Part shown: one piece after another, positions 25,800-38,492 of the stretch
How the letters are laid out: the number at the start of each line of letters is the position of its first letter
Position numbering within the stretch: the stretch's first letter is position 1
NCBI RefSeq assembly: GCF_006345805.1
Contig: NW_021837030.1
Location: 2,685 to 66,684, forward strand
DNA length: 64,000 bases
Reading direction: 5' to 3'
Source: Octopus sinensis
Taxonomy: Eukaryota
Notes under the pieces: model-generated
Seen by the model: only the letters and a program-made list of their open reading frames with translations
Databases searched by the model: none
Told to the model about the DNA's origin: nothing
Translations under genes and position numbers: made by a program

Positions 25800-26736
25800 G
25801 TCACCGATCTCTTTGGGTTAAGTTCCCTTCTCGACATCGAAAGCAATGGGGCAGTCTTTTTCAATGAACTTAGTCGATAGCCGGTTCAGTCCTACGTATA
25901 ACAGTTATTCGACATAAGCAAAGTCGGCAATGCTCTGGTTTTACTCGAGCGCATGCATAACAGTTTCGTTGTTCTGTCACATCTCAGATAGGACCTGCTT
26001 GACGGCACTTCTAGGCTTGTAGAATTTATGTCGAATTAGCGATGTCCCCCGGTAGCACTGTCTGACCAAGAATTTCTGGAAGTTATCGACAGGCCCCGAC
26101 ACGAAAGTTTTTCGGAACAGACCAGTTAGTTGGTTTACATCGACACCTAGAATTTCTCCCATACCTATTCACTGTCAAGGAATTACTAGAGATGATACAT
26201 CTTCGGAGCATGTCTGCACATCATCCACCACTGCATACCAAGTCCTCCACTAATTGAAGAGGGGTGACTGCAAATGGATCGCCTGAGCAGGGAAATGAGT
26301 CTCTTCCACAGAAAACGAAAGACACTCGCAGACAACTAAGCATGAATTGGAACACGGCCCGACGGTCAGGTGAGAATAAATTGCTGAGGTGATGTAAGGG
26401 GTTCACCACCTCGAAACAGCCTTTCAGAAATAGCTTTCGGATCATTTCTGGATGGGATAGATCACTCTGCTTCTCACCTCACCACAGTTCTCTACTTGGA
26501 GAGTTAGTCCAAACCGAGCAATTCAATCATCCGCTTCTCTAGTACCCTACGATGCCGTTGGATGGCATGGAGCACACATTCTCGGTGCCACTGGATATTC
26601 TTGGTTACTTACTACCGTTTCGTACTTCCATTACTTTGATATGCTTGTGTCCGATGTGTTGATATGCTTGTGTCACTCTGTCTGTCTCTCTGTATGTCTG
26701 AATTGCTGCTGTTGTTGTTGCTGTTGTTGTTGTTGG

Positions 26737-26767
<31 letters not shown>

Positions 26768-27650
26768 GCTGGTGCTGGTGCTGGTGGTGGTGGTGGTGCT
26801 GGTGCTGGTGGTGGTGCTGGTCGTGCTGGTCGTGCTGGTCGTCGTGGTCCTGGTGCTGGTGGTACTAGTGGTGGTCTGAGCATGCTAGCACGGCTTTTTC
26901 GCATTCCGGTTCGGTCGCCTTGTCCTTCAATGTGTCTTGCTTCTGCAATACAGACCCAACAGTCAATAAATACAGAAGAAAGGCGAGATCGCGACCTTGG
27001 CAGACCAAGTGCATGAGGTCACGGTGATCTTACCACGGAAGATGGAACCAAATCCGGCTGTCGGCCACTGTCAGAAGTAAAGCTCGTAGGGCAGGCCATC
27101 GAAATCAGACGGTTTTAACCACCTTGCAGCCAACCATCGCTTTCTGTATTTCTGCAACTGTTTATAAACTTTTTGCAATACTGAGCCTCTCTCAGCAAGA
27201 GTCGCAGCAGGCCAATGAAGAAGGCACTGAAGTCCATTCGATAACCCGGTTCACCATCGTCGCAAATAGTAGATCCAGGTGCTACTGAAAAGCTGCATAC
27301 ATCTCCCCAGGTTCGAGTAACACGTGCCCATTCTGGTCCGTCGAGGCGGCGAGCTGGCAGACTCGTTAGCACGCCGGGCGAAATGCGTAGCCGTATTTCG
27401 TCTGCCGTTATGTTCTGAGTTCAAATTCCGCCGAGGTCGACTTTGCCTTTCATCCTTTCAGGGTCGATAAATTAAGTACCAATTACGCCCTGGGGTCGAT
27501 GTAATCGACATAATCCGTTTGTCCTCTCTGTGTTTAGCCCCTTGTGGGCAGTAGTGAAATACATTCTGGTCCGTCGAAAACAGAATTGTGGCTTTGTTGC
27601 CGCGTTACGCCCACCGGCCGACTTTTGTCCTTTCGTGTCTCAAAGCACGC
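25800..27650 (-). mobile_element. Decayed L1/Tx1-clade LINE ORF2, copy 2
   Basis: GNKATI..DQNGHVLLEPGEM, DFDGLPYELY, AGFGSIFRG, VCQGRDLAFLLY, SMPSNGIVG, FRFLWKR..RRSICSHP..GGLGM, NETVMHAL; internal deletion in RT; microsatellite at 26640-26875. Confidence 0.88.
27345..27561 (+). mobile_element. SINE-B1 full length with perfect 16-bp TSD
   Basis: CATTCTGGTCCGTCGA at 27329-27344 and 27562-27577; removal restores the L1 frame. Confidence 0.97.
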
Positions 27651-27657
27651 GCCTTAG

Positions 27658-28068
27658 CAATCAGGACTCACGCCATTATACACAAAGAATAACCTTTAAT
27701 TCGAGCCCACTCTAAGCTACTAAGAATACGTGTAGCAACTTGAAGATCCACTCACCATACGCGATAAACTGGCGGTTGCACGGCCGCGAAAGGTACGTTG
27801 TTATCCTCATTCCGTAAACGGTGGCTTTTAACGGGTGGAGAGCTGAACCATCTTAGACTAGGTTTACCACACCATAGTGGGTTCCTCTGCTTTGTGGAAG
27901 AAGTAGGAAGAAAGAGTGAGAGAAAGTTGTGGTGTAAGAGTACAGCGGGTTTCCCCCCTCCCCTCGTGTTTTTACCCAATAAACACTCACACTGCTCGGT
28001 CTGGAAATCGAAACCGCGTTCTTACGACCGCGAGTCCGCTGCCCTAACCACTGGGCCATTGCGCCTTC
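27658..28068 (-). mobile_element. SINE: head C + tail H, copy 2
   Basis: Homologous to 14844-15317 with three short deletions. Confidence 0.92.
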
Positions 28069-28886
28069 ACTGCTGTTGTTGTTGTTGGTGGTGGTGGTGG
28101 TGGTAGTGCTGGTGGTGCTGGTGGTGCTGATGTTGGTGGTTCTGATGTTGGTGGTGGTGCTGTTGCTGGTGCTGGTGGTGGCGCTGCTGCTGGTGCTGGT
28201 GATAGTGACGGCAATGGTGGTGGCGCTAGTGGGATTGTGAGGTGGCAGTTGTCGCGATTGTGGTGTTAGTGTGCTGTAGTTGAGGGATTTTTGCTTCTCT
28301 TAAATATTACATATATATATATATATATATATATATTATTTCGTTATCATATTATTATGTTTTAACATACGTTGTATTGTATTACACCTACACTATATAA
28401 ACTGGTTCATTGGGAGAATAGATACCTTACGCTATTTATTCAAGCACCTTCATCTTCTGAGTTCCAATCCCACATAGCGAGTCCACTTAGCTCTGGTGTC
28501 AATAAAGCGAAATACAAGCCAAGTTCAGAGGTCGACTTAATCGACTTTTCCCCTCTCCCTGTTTCTGACCTTGATCTCCCGTTAAATGCAGCACGCACCA
28601 GAATATTTTACGTAGTGTCAAATTACTTTATATCATATTAAATCATATTATTTTGTATCGTATTGCTATTTTATGTTTATACGTTATTGTATTATGTTAT
28701 AATGTATCTAATATATTATGCTATACTTTATATCAAATTTTATATTATGTCATCTCAAAAATTATTACGTCATATATGTTATAATATTGTATCTCATTGT
28801 ACTATATTGCGTAATACTATATTATGCTATAACAGCCTATATTGTATTGTGATATATTAAATGGCGTTATATTATAGCACACACAC

Positions 28887-28919
<33 letters not shown>

Positions 28920-29016
28920 TATATCTATATATATATATACATATATATATTATATGAAATTCTTATCATTATATAGTATTTTATGTAGTAAGTATATGCG
29001 TGTGTGAATGTATACG

Positions 29017-29200
29017 CTTTACTCTTTTACTCTTTTACTGGTTTAAGTCATTTGATTGCGGCCATGCTGGAGCACCGCCTTTAGTCGAGCAAATCGACCC
29101 CAGGGATTATTCTTTGGAAACCTAGTACTTATTACATCGGTCTCTTTTGCCGAACCGCTAAGTTACGGGGACGTAAACACACCAGCATCGGTTGCCAAGC
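29017..29200 (-). mobile_element. SINE-A 3' half
   Basis: (GTAAAAGA)n tail to CAACCGATGCTGG; head absent. Confidence 0.9.
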
Positions 29201-29202
29201 AC

Positions 29203-30260
29203 TGAGTTACGTAATGCCTACCTCACTACAGGGTCGAATGTTAAAGAAATTCTACACTGGACATCCAGGAATTTCTAGGATGAAGTCGCTTATGAGGAGT
29301 TATGTTTACTGGCCAAAAAAAGATCTAGATATTGAGAAGTTGGTAAAATCTTGCAGAGGTTGTGTTCTTGCAGTGAACTCACCACCTACAAAATTTCAAC
29401 CTGGGCCCAAGACCATTCCATGGTCCAGGCTACACATAGACTTCGCAGGACCGTTAAACCGATCATATCATCTATTAGTGGTTAGGTAGATTTTCAAAAT
29501 GGCCAGAAATGTATACATGCAGAAAACCAACATCCACGGTAACAGTGGAATTTCTACGCGAACTTTTTGCTAGGTATGGTGTCCCGGTTACCATAGTCAC
29601 GGATAACAGTACACAATTCACGGCGAATGAATTTAAGAATTTTTGCAAGATGTACACAATTAAACATATCACTACTCCTCCGTATCACCCAAGATCAAAC
29701 GGGCTAGTGGAAAGATTCGTGGATACATTTAAAATAGCATGAAAGAAATCAAGAAACGAGCTAGTTGATAATGCTACATTGACTCAATTTTTGAGGGTTT
29801 ATAGGATAATACCAAACTCAAACACTTTTTCGTGCAAGGCATCTACGGAACTAATGTTTGCTCGAAAAATATAGTCAATTTTTTCGACAAGCTGTTACCA
29901 GAAAGAAAAACAAATAGGTAAAACTAAATGTACGACAAAGCATTTAAATATCGGTGACAAGGTGTTTTTCAAAATATATAAAAATGGAAGACAAGTCTGG
30001 AAAGACAGAGTAGTAACAAAAAGCGTAGGTAAATGACATATATGGTAAGATGCTAAAAATGGGAATACAAAAGACATTTAAACCAGCTAAAAAATAGATA
30101 TACCGAAAAAAAATAATAAATACCCATGGAAGTGTTGTACGACACTTTTGATGTTCACACGCCACAAGAAATCGAACTTTCGAACCTAGTCGTAGCAACA
30201 CAAGAAAGAGGAAACAAACAGGACGGTTGGAAGTAGCGCCTAAACGGAAGAAATATTAAA
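29203..30260 (+). mobile_element. Ty3/Gypsy integrase relic
   Basis: GHPGISRMKSLMRSYVYWP..SCRGC (zinc-binding), WSRLHIDFAGP, FARYGVPVTIVTDNSTQF, PPYHPRSNGLVERFVDTFK (DDE core); stops and frameshifts. Confidence 0.93.
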
Positions 30261-30348
30261 CTTCCCTTGGAGGAGAATCTCAATAAGGGAGATGCGATAA
30301 AAGAAAAAAAAATAAATAAAATATTAACTTCAAACGGAAGTCAATCGC

Positions 30349-31074
30349 AAAGGAGGAGATGTATTGGCGAGCGCCATTAAGACTCCTGGGGGATTGGAAG
30401 AATGGACTAGCCGATATCTATATATATAAAACTATAGTTGTGTGAGTGTCTGTCCCCTTCGATTTAGATTCCTAACTACTCCCACATTTTGCGGTGCAGT
30501 TTAACCAAGTTCGGGTATCTTATAGTCGTGATTTATATCGAGCCCGTCTGGGTATTAGCGCGCGTCTACGATGAGTCTACGATTTTAAAAATAATTTAAC
30601 ATCATTTTTTATTCCATTTTAATGCATAATTTTTCGTGTGTCGATGGCGGCGGAGTTGGCGTCCACGCTCACATCTGCACCTGTTTGCTTCTCCCCCTTC
30701 TTCCCTCCCTCGTGAAGCTGTGGGGAAGGGAGTGTAAGGAAATCAACGTCGTAAAGCGTTGTCAAGGAGACCAGCGTTCTTTTAGAACAACGACTTCATG
30801 GCTTGAAGACACCAAAACAGAAATGGCTAAGAAAGCCCGAATTGGCATCTATAAGGGAAGTAACTCTCTAAAAATGCTTATATAGTTATTTCCCTTACAA
30901 CGCCGGGCGATACTGCTAGTCTCTTATAAAGAGTAGCGTATTGGTTGAGACAAGAGGTCGATAGGAGTCGTTGAGAGGACGTTTTGGAGTTTTGCGATGT
31001 ACTCGTGTGAACACATTAATTTTTACCTCTGCATCGTTAAATTATATATCCACTGTTTGTCATGGATAAAAACA
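30349..31074 (+). mobile_element. Putative PPT (30349-30359) and 3' LTR (TG 30360...CA 31074) interrupted by Helitron
   Basis: AAAGGAGGAGA followed by TGTATTGG; TATAAA at about 30925; ends AAAACA. No second LTR in window to confirm. Confidence 0.55.
30417..30919 (+). mobile_element. Non-autonomous Helitron-like element, copy 2
   Basis: A|TCTATATATA...CGATACTGCTAG|T, homologous to 637-1030; carries extra 213 bp at 30637-30849. Confidence 0.9.
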
Positions 31075-31124
31075 AGTATGTATCTATGTATGCATGTTGG
31101 TAATGTATGAATATATACATGCAT

Positions 31125-31573
31125 ATAGGCGCAGGAGTGGCATAAGCGCAGGAGTGGCATAGGCGCAGGAGTGGCTGTGTGGTAAGTAGCTTGCTAACCA
31201 ACCACATGGTTCCGGGTTCAGTCCCACTGCGTGGCATCTTGGGCAAGTGTCTTCTGCTATAGCCCCGGGCCGACCAATGCCTTGTGAGTGGATTTGGTAG
31301 ACGGAAACTGAAAGAAGCCTGTCGTATATATGTGTATATATATATATATGTATGTGTGTGTGTTTGTGTGTCTGTGTTTGTACCCCTAGCATTGCTTGAC
31401 AACCGATGCTGGTGTGCTTATGTCCCCGTCACCTAGCGGTTCGGCAAAAAGAGACCGATAGAATAAGTACTGGGCTTACAAAGAATAAGTCCCGGGGTCG
31501 ATTTGCTCGACTAAAGGCGGTGCTCCAGCATGGCCGCAGTCAAATGACTGAAACAAGTAAAAGAGTAAAGAGT
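31125..31573 (+). mobile_element. SINE-A with triplicated 5' 17-mer
   Basis: ATA(G/A)GCGCAGGAGTGGC x3 at 31125, 31142, 31159, then normal A body. Confidence 0.95.
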
Positions 31574-32299
31574 AAAGAGTAAAGAGCATGTATGTATGTA
31601 TCTATATATATATCTATGCATGATGTAATGTATGTATATATGGTGGAAGTCCGTGCAAACGTTTCGGGAGTCCAATGAGTTCCTGTGCGTGAATTTGGTT
31701 TCAGTGAATAAAGAGTTGCACAACACTGAAACCACTTTTCAGCTCAATAAGCTATAAAGCCAGTGACACTAAATATGTGCAGACCACCAGAGACCAATTG
31801 CCCTGCAGGTGTTTCTATACAAATTTATCTTCTCCAAGAAGGAAGTTTTAACGAAAACTAGGGGTCCTTCACTCCCAGTAGTTCACATGCTAATTGAATG
31901 AGACCCTATTGACGAGACCCTAACAGGTGCTACTGCTCAGTATCAAAGTAGACGGGAACAGTAGTGGATAAGAGATGGATCCACACTCCTCAAAACCATA
32001 GAACTACTCTTGTTACGGTCATTTCTACAGATTTTCTATACAAATCATAGCGGGCAGTGATTTTTGTTACGACGTTTCATATCCAATATGCTATACGTAA
32101 ACAAACAATGAGATCGAAAATGAAAGATGGGTAATGAGTATATGTGCCATATTGCGGGAGTTTTTGCCCCTTCATCAGTATCTATCTGAAAGAAAGAAAG
32201 AAAGAAAGAGATGTCTATGTGTTTGTAATATAGGGGCAGGTAATTCGGTAGATTGAACAGCTGAATCCTTATCGTCGCAACCGACGGAAAACCAATCAT

Positions 32300-32929
32300 C
32301 CATGTAAATATGTCTGTACGCGGGTCCCAGTGTGTGTGTGTGTGTGTTTGTTGTCTGTTTGTGTGTGCGTATATGTGTGTCAATTGTTTTAATCATGAGC
32401 CTATTTGGTTCGATTTATTATATTTATCTATTTATTCTGTAATTTCACTCTTTATTATCTTCAGCAATTGTTTCTTTACGCACACACACATACACACACA
32501 CACACTCGCTCTCTCTCTATCTCTATCTCTCTCTCTCTCTTTGTATCTTCTATCTTCACCCACCACCCCTTCTCTCTCTGCCTTTTACTCCTCTATATTT
32601 CTCTCTTACTTTCTCTTTTTTTCTTCACCATTCCTCTCTAGTTTCTTTCCCTTACCATCTTCCATTCTCTTCTTCACACCATTTTTATACCACGTTAATG
32701 CCTTCTCTTTCTCTCTCTCTCTCTTTCAATTCATCTATCTATCTATCTATCTCTCGCTCTCTTCCTCTTTTTCTGTCTCTCCTTTTCTCTTTTTCTCTCG
32801 CTCTCAATATGTATTTCTACAAAAGTTTTCTTGTGTTTTACTTGTTTTTATCAGCAAAATTTATCTCAATGTCTCCCATGCTTATTATTTAATTTATTTT
32901 TCATACACACAAACACCCACATAGATAGC

Positions 32930-33017
<88 letters not shown>

Positions 33018-33125
33018 CATATTTCTTTTGTGTATATGTCTCAATTATAATTTTGTATTTGCAATTATTTGTATATATAGATATATATATATATGTGTAT
33101 ATATATAAACATATATATATATATA

Positions 33126-33197
<72 letters not shown>

Positions 33198-33224
33198 ATA
33201 TATATATATATACGTATGTGTCTA

Positions 33225-33299
<75 letters not shown>

Positions 33300-33360
33300 A
33301 TATACACGTTTACTTTCTGTATGCGTGTCTGAGATTATAGACGTTTATGAAACTCAGTGT

Positions 33361-33405
<45 letters not shown>

Positions 33406-33505
33406 ACTCGCATGCATGTGTAAATATGTATCTGTACGTGCGTATGTGCCTAAGCCTATGTTTGTAATGAACGAATCACTGCAGGTATGTTTTTGCCTAT
33501 TTGTA

Positions 33506-33569
<64 letters not shown>

Positions 33570-34181
33570 ATGTATATTTTTATATGCGTCTATATGGAAT
33601 GCATGTATAAATCTTAACGCGTGGGTGTTTATCTGTATGTATGCATATAAGTGTGCATAACTATATATATATATATAAATATATATATGTATGTATATAT
33701 TTAAGTACGAGGGTCTCTCTGAATGCATGTGGGTATGTTAGTGTATATCCATGTATGTCTCTATGTTTCTATGTCTCTATGTATAAGTATCAATATGTAT
33801 TTCTGTACGACAGAGTGTGATTATGTCTGTTAATAAATCTAAGTGCGTGGGTGTATGTCGATGTGTTTGGGGAGGGAGGGAGGGAGGGAGAGAATGACGA
33901 CGGGGGTGGGGGTTAATGTCTGTCTGTTTGTCTGTGTCACCGTATAAGCACTAGAAGTTAACAGACGAGAGATCAATTTTTTGTGTGTGTTTGTTTCTTT
34001 ATCTGTTTGTTTGGTTCTTTCTTTCTTTCTTTCTTTCTTTCCTTACTCCCATATCTTCGTAAATCATCCGAAGGATGCGCCGCAAATTGTGCCCTAGCGC
34101 CACACCACACACGAACCTACGCAACACACAGACACACACACACATACTGGTTCACACATATAAACAGGCGTATATATATAT

Positions 34182-34262
<81 letters not shown>

Positions 34263-34460
34263 ACGCATATAATTACATTCATACACACTAACAAACACGC
34301 TTAAATACACACACACACACACAACACACACACCCACACACACACACACCATGCAAACACCAACCATGCCATTCCAAATAAGCCTGAAATTCCCCTGAGA
34401 GAGAAACACTAGAGGCAGGAATGTAAGAGGGGAGATTGGGGGAGAGAAAGCCAATAATAG

Positions 34461-34499
<39 letters not shown>

Positions 34500-34570
34500 C
34501 GACGACGATGATAATGACGACGAGAATTAGGAGGAGGAGGAAGATGAAGAAGCTGGTAGTGATGATGATA

Positions 34571-34614
<44 letters not shown>

Positions 34615-34699
34615 AATGACGATGACGACGATGATAATGACGACGAGAATGATGATGTGGAGGGAGATGAAGAAGCTGGTAGTGATGATGATGATGATG

Positions 34700-34739
<40 letters not shown>

Positions 34740-34802
34740 TGATGATGATGATGATGGTGGTGGTTGTGGTAGTGGTGATAAAGATGGTGATGATGATGAT
34801 GG

Positions 34803-34897
<95 letters not shown>

Positions 34898-34975
34898 ATC
34901 ATGATGGTGATCATGACGTTGATGATGAGGGAGATGAAGATGCTGGTAGTGATGATGATGATGACGATGATGATG

Positions 34976-35009
<34 letters not shown>

Positions 35010-35444
35010 TAATGATGATGATGATGATGGTGATAGTGGTGGTGATGATGACGATGATGATGATAATAATGTTGATAATAATACTAATCATCGACAAACA
35101 GGTGAATTGAATGGGTGAGTAGCGTCGACTTAATGTTGTTTCTGCTGTCGTTATGAAAGACGTGTGCCAGTGATTACTTTGTCAGCATGGAGTGTGTTTG
35201 GCATGGGTGGGCAGGCGTGTGTCAGCGTCAATGTATGCGTGTGTTTGTGTGTGTTTGGAGTGGTAGTGTGGGTGTACGTGTACGTGTGTATGAAAGTTTT
35301 GGGTGTGTGTAAGAGTGTGCGAATATGTGTATGTGTGTGTGTCTTAAGAATATGTCTCTGATGTGTATGTATGTTTGTATGCGTGTATTTGTATGTTTGG
35401 AATGGTAATGTGTGTGTACGTGTATGTGCGTATGAGAGTCTTTG

Positions 35445-35476
<32 letters not shown>

Positions 35477-36447
35477 GTGTATGTGTGTATGTGCGTCTGA
35501 AGAATATGTCTCTGATGTGTCTGTATGTATGTATGTATTAAGTGTATTTGCTGTGTGTATCTGCATAAATTTGTGTGTATGTGTCTTGCGTGTCTTTCAA
35601 GTTTGTGTGTGTGTATGTGTGTCTTACGAATATGTCTCTGATGTGTATGTATGTGTATGTTATGTGTATTTGCTGTGTGTATCTGTATGATTTTGTGTGT
35701 ATGTGTCTTGCGTGTCTTTCAAGTTTGTGTGTATGTGTATGTGTGTCTGTCTTTGTGTTTGGTGTATGTGTGCGCGTGTGGAGTGTGTGAGTGTGGTGTT
35801 TGTGCGTGTTTGTATGTATGTATGTGTGTGTGTATATGTGTATGTATGTGTGGATATGTTTTGCATTATGAAGTAGAGTCCTTTAAAAATATGGGTGTGT
35901 ATGATTAGAGAGAAAGGGAGAGAGGGAGAGAAAGAAAGAGAGAGAGGGAAAGAGAGATAGAGATAGACAGAGAGAGAGAGAGAGAGAGAGGGGGCAGAGT
36001 TAGACAGAATTGAACAGGGATAAAAGTGCACAGAAACAAAGAGAGCAGGAAGAAGTAATGGGAGAGAGAGAGAGAGAATGAAAGAAAGAACGAAATAAAG
36101 AGAGAGAGAGAGGGAGAGACAAAGTCTGTTGTGTTAATTTGTATGTTTGTATTTCTACATGTTTGTTAGTGTGTCTGTAATATGTAATGTATGCATGATG
36201 GCTGTGAAGACAAGAGAGAAACAAGGAAACGGAAGAGAGAGAAAGATAAAGAGAAAGTGAAAGTAGAGAGTGGGTTGAGGGTGTGTGAACGTACATGCAA
36301 TGTCAAGACATGATATTAACGAGTAAATGCTTTGTCTGACGAACAGATCTACAACTGTACAGACAGTTATGTGAAATATGTTTAATGTAAAATGTTAGTA
36401 ATTATTAGCTGGTTAAATGAGATATATAGATAGATAGATAGATATAG

Positions 36448-36522
<75 letters not shown>

Positions 36523-36548
36523 GATAGATAGATAGATAGATAGATAGG

Positions 36549-36639
<91 letters not shown>

Positions 36640-36660
36640 GAAGGGTGGGAGGTGGAGAGA
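32300..36660. repeat. 4.4-kb low-complexity block: (TG)n, (CT)n, (GATA)n, (TA)n, (GAT)n, (AG)n
   Basis: Seen directly. Confidence 0.9.
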
Positions 36661-36690
36661 TTAATTAAATGCTTGTTTCAATAGATTAAT

Positions 36691-36905
36691 AATCTTTATA
36701 CAATAGGCACAAGGCTTGATATTTGGGGGTTGGAGGATAGTCGATTACATCGACCCTAGTACTCAACTGGTACATAATTTATCGAGCCCGAAAGGATGAA
36801 ACGCAAAGTCGACCTTGGCAGAATTTAAACTCAAGTGGTAACCACGGGTAAAATGCTTAGCGGCATTTCGTTCAGCGTGCTAACTATTCTGCCAGCTCAC
36901 CACCT
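36691..36905 (-). mobile_element. SINE-B with B2-type tail (diverged)
   Basis: GAGCTGGCAGAAT..GGTCGACTTTG..CCTTGTGCCTA. Confidence 0.85.
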
Positions 36906-36907
36906 AT

Positions 36908-36967
<60 letters not shown>

Positions 36968-36987
36968 TAATAATAATAATAATAATT

Positions 36988-37816
36988 GAGCAAATATTCT
37001 GCTCAATACCACAGATTTGCTTGTCTGTTGTTTGACCTTAACCAGTTGACACTATCCCTTAGTGGCTGACGATATGTGCATCTCTGACCACGAGCAGAAG
37101 TAGTGGGGGAGCATCATAGCCATGTGTTGAGAGGGATTCTTTGGGGTTTGGATAATTCACCTTTGGAAAAATGGGTGGTTCGTTCAACATTCTTAAACAA
37201 TCCTTATTCAGGGACATTTTGAGCGGGATGGGCTACTCGACTAGAAGAAAATTCTAACTGGGCCCCGCCTGCAGTACCAGGCAGTGGCTCTCATGGCTTC
37301 TGATCTTAACTGATTGGAAGTGTTATCATGTACATTGTTTTGTCTTGGTATAAAAGATGGGCTACAGCAAATATTCTACTCAATACCACAGATTTGCTTG
37401 TCAGTTGTTTGACATTAGCCAGTTGAGCATGTCCCTTAGTGGCTGATGATATGTGCATCTCTGATCATGAGCAGAAGTAGTGGGGGAGCATCATAGCCAT
37501 GTGTTGAGAGGGATTCTTTGGGGTTTGAATAATTCACCTCTGGAAACATGGGTGTTTCATTCAACATCCTTACACAACCCTTATTCAGTGACCTTTTGAG
37601 TGGGATGGGCTACTCGACCAGAAGGAAATTCTAACTGGGCTCCACCTGCAAGGTCATGTGCTGTTTATCTCGATATGAGATCACCATGTCGCGCACATAT
37701 GGTTGTGATGCATGTGCCTGGTGTACCTTTATCAGACAGGTAGTCATGATGGGTATACTGGGCTTCGTATATTTTACCCCAGTGTCATTTTGATGGCATG
37801 CACTGCTCTCTCACTC
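36988..37816 (+). mobile_element. Repeat G: partial tandem duplication, flanked by (AAT)n
   Basis: 36990-37273 repeats 37367-37650 (period 377); 5' part also at 47027-47129; no Pol III boxes or ORF seen. Confidence 0.8.
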
Positions 37817-37829
37817 AATAATAATAATA

Positions 37830-37894
<65 letters not shown>

Positions 37895-37934
37895 TAATAA
37901 TAATATAATATAATAATAATAATAATAAATAATA

Positions 37935-37976
<42 letters not shown>

Positions 37977-37977
<1 letters not shown>

Positions 37978-38351
37978 TGAATAATAGAGACAAATACTGT
38001 CAGATCATTGATGTAGCCATACCAAATGACATGAAAGTTATGAGTAAAGAGGTTGAAAAAAATCACCAAGTACTCCGAATTGAAAGTAGAAATGGCAAGA
38101 CTGTATGGAATGCGAGAGGATAATGTAAAAGTGATGCCACTGGTGATCGGAGCGTTGGTCTCGATCCCATTGAAACTTCAAGACTTCTTAAGGCAACTGG
38201 AAAACCCATGCAAGATTGATGTCTTGCAAAAAGCAGTCTTATTGGGCACAGCGCGCATCTTAAGGAAAGTATTATCTGTTTGAGGTCTTTGTTGTGACTT
38301 GACAGATGACTAAAGACTCCGGTACATTTTTACCTACACTGTGTTACGAAG

Positions 38352-38352
<1 letters not shown>
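37977..38352 (+). mobile_element. 5'-truncated Dong/R4-type LINE (restriction-like endonuclease C-terminus)
   Basis: CQIIDVAIPND..KEVEK/ITKYSEL..VMPLVIGALVSIP..LQKAVLLGTARILRKVLSV* with one +1 frameshift; (AAT)n on both sides. Confidence 0.9.
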
Positions 38353-38425
<73 letters not shown>

Positions 38426-38439
38426 TAATAATAATAATA

Positions 38440-38491
<52 letters not shown>

Positions 38492-38492
<1 letters not shown>

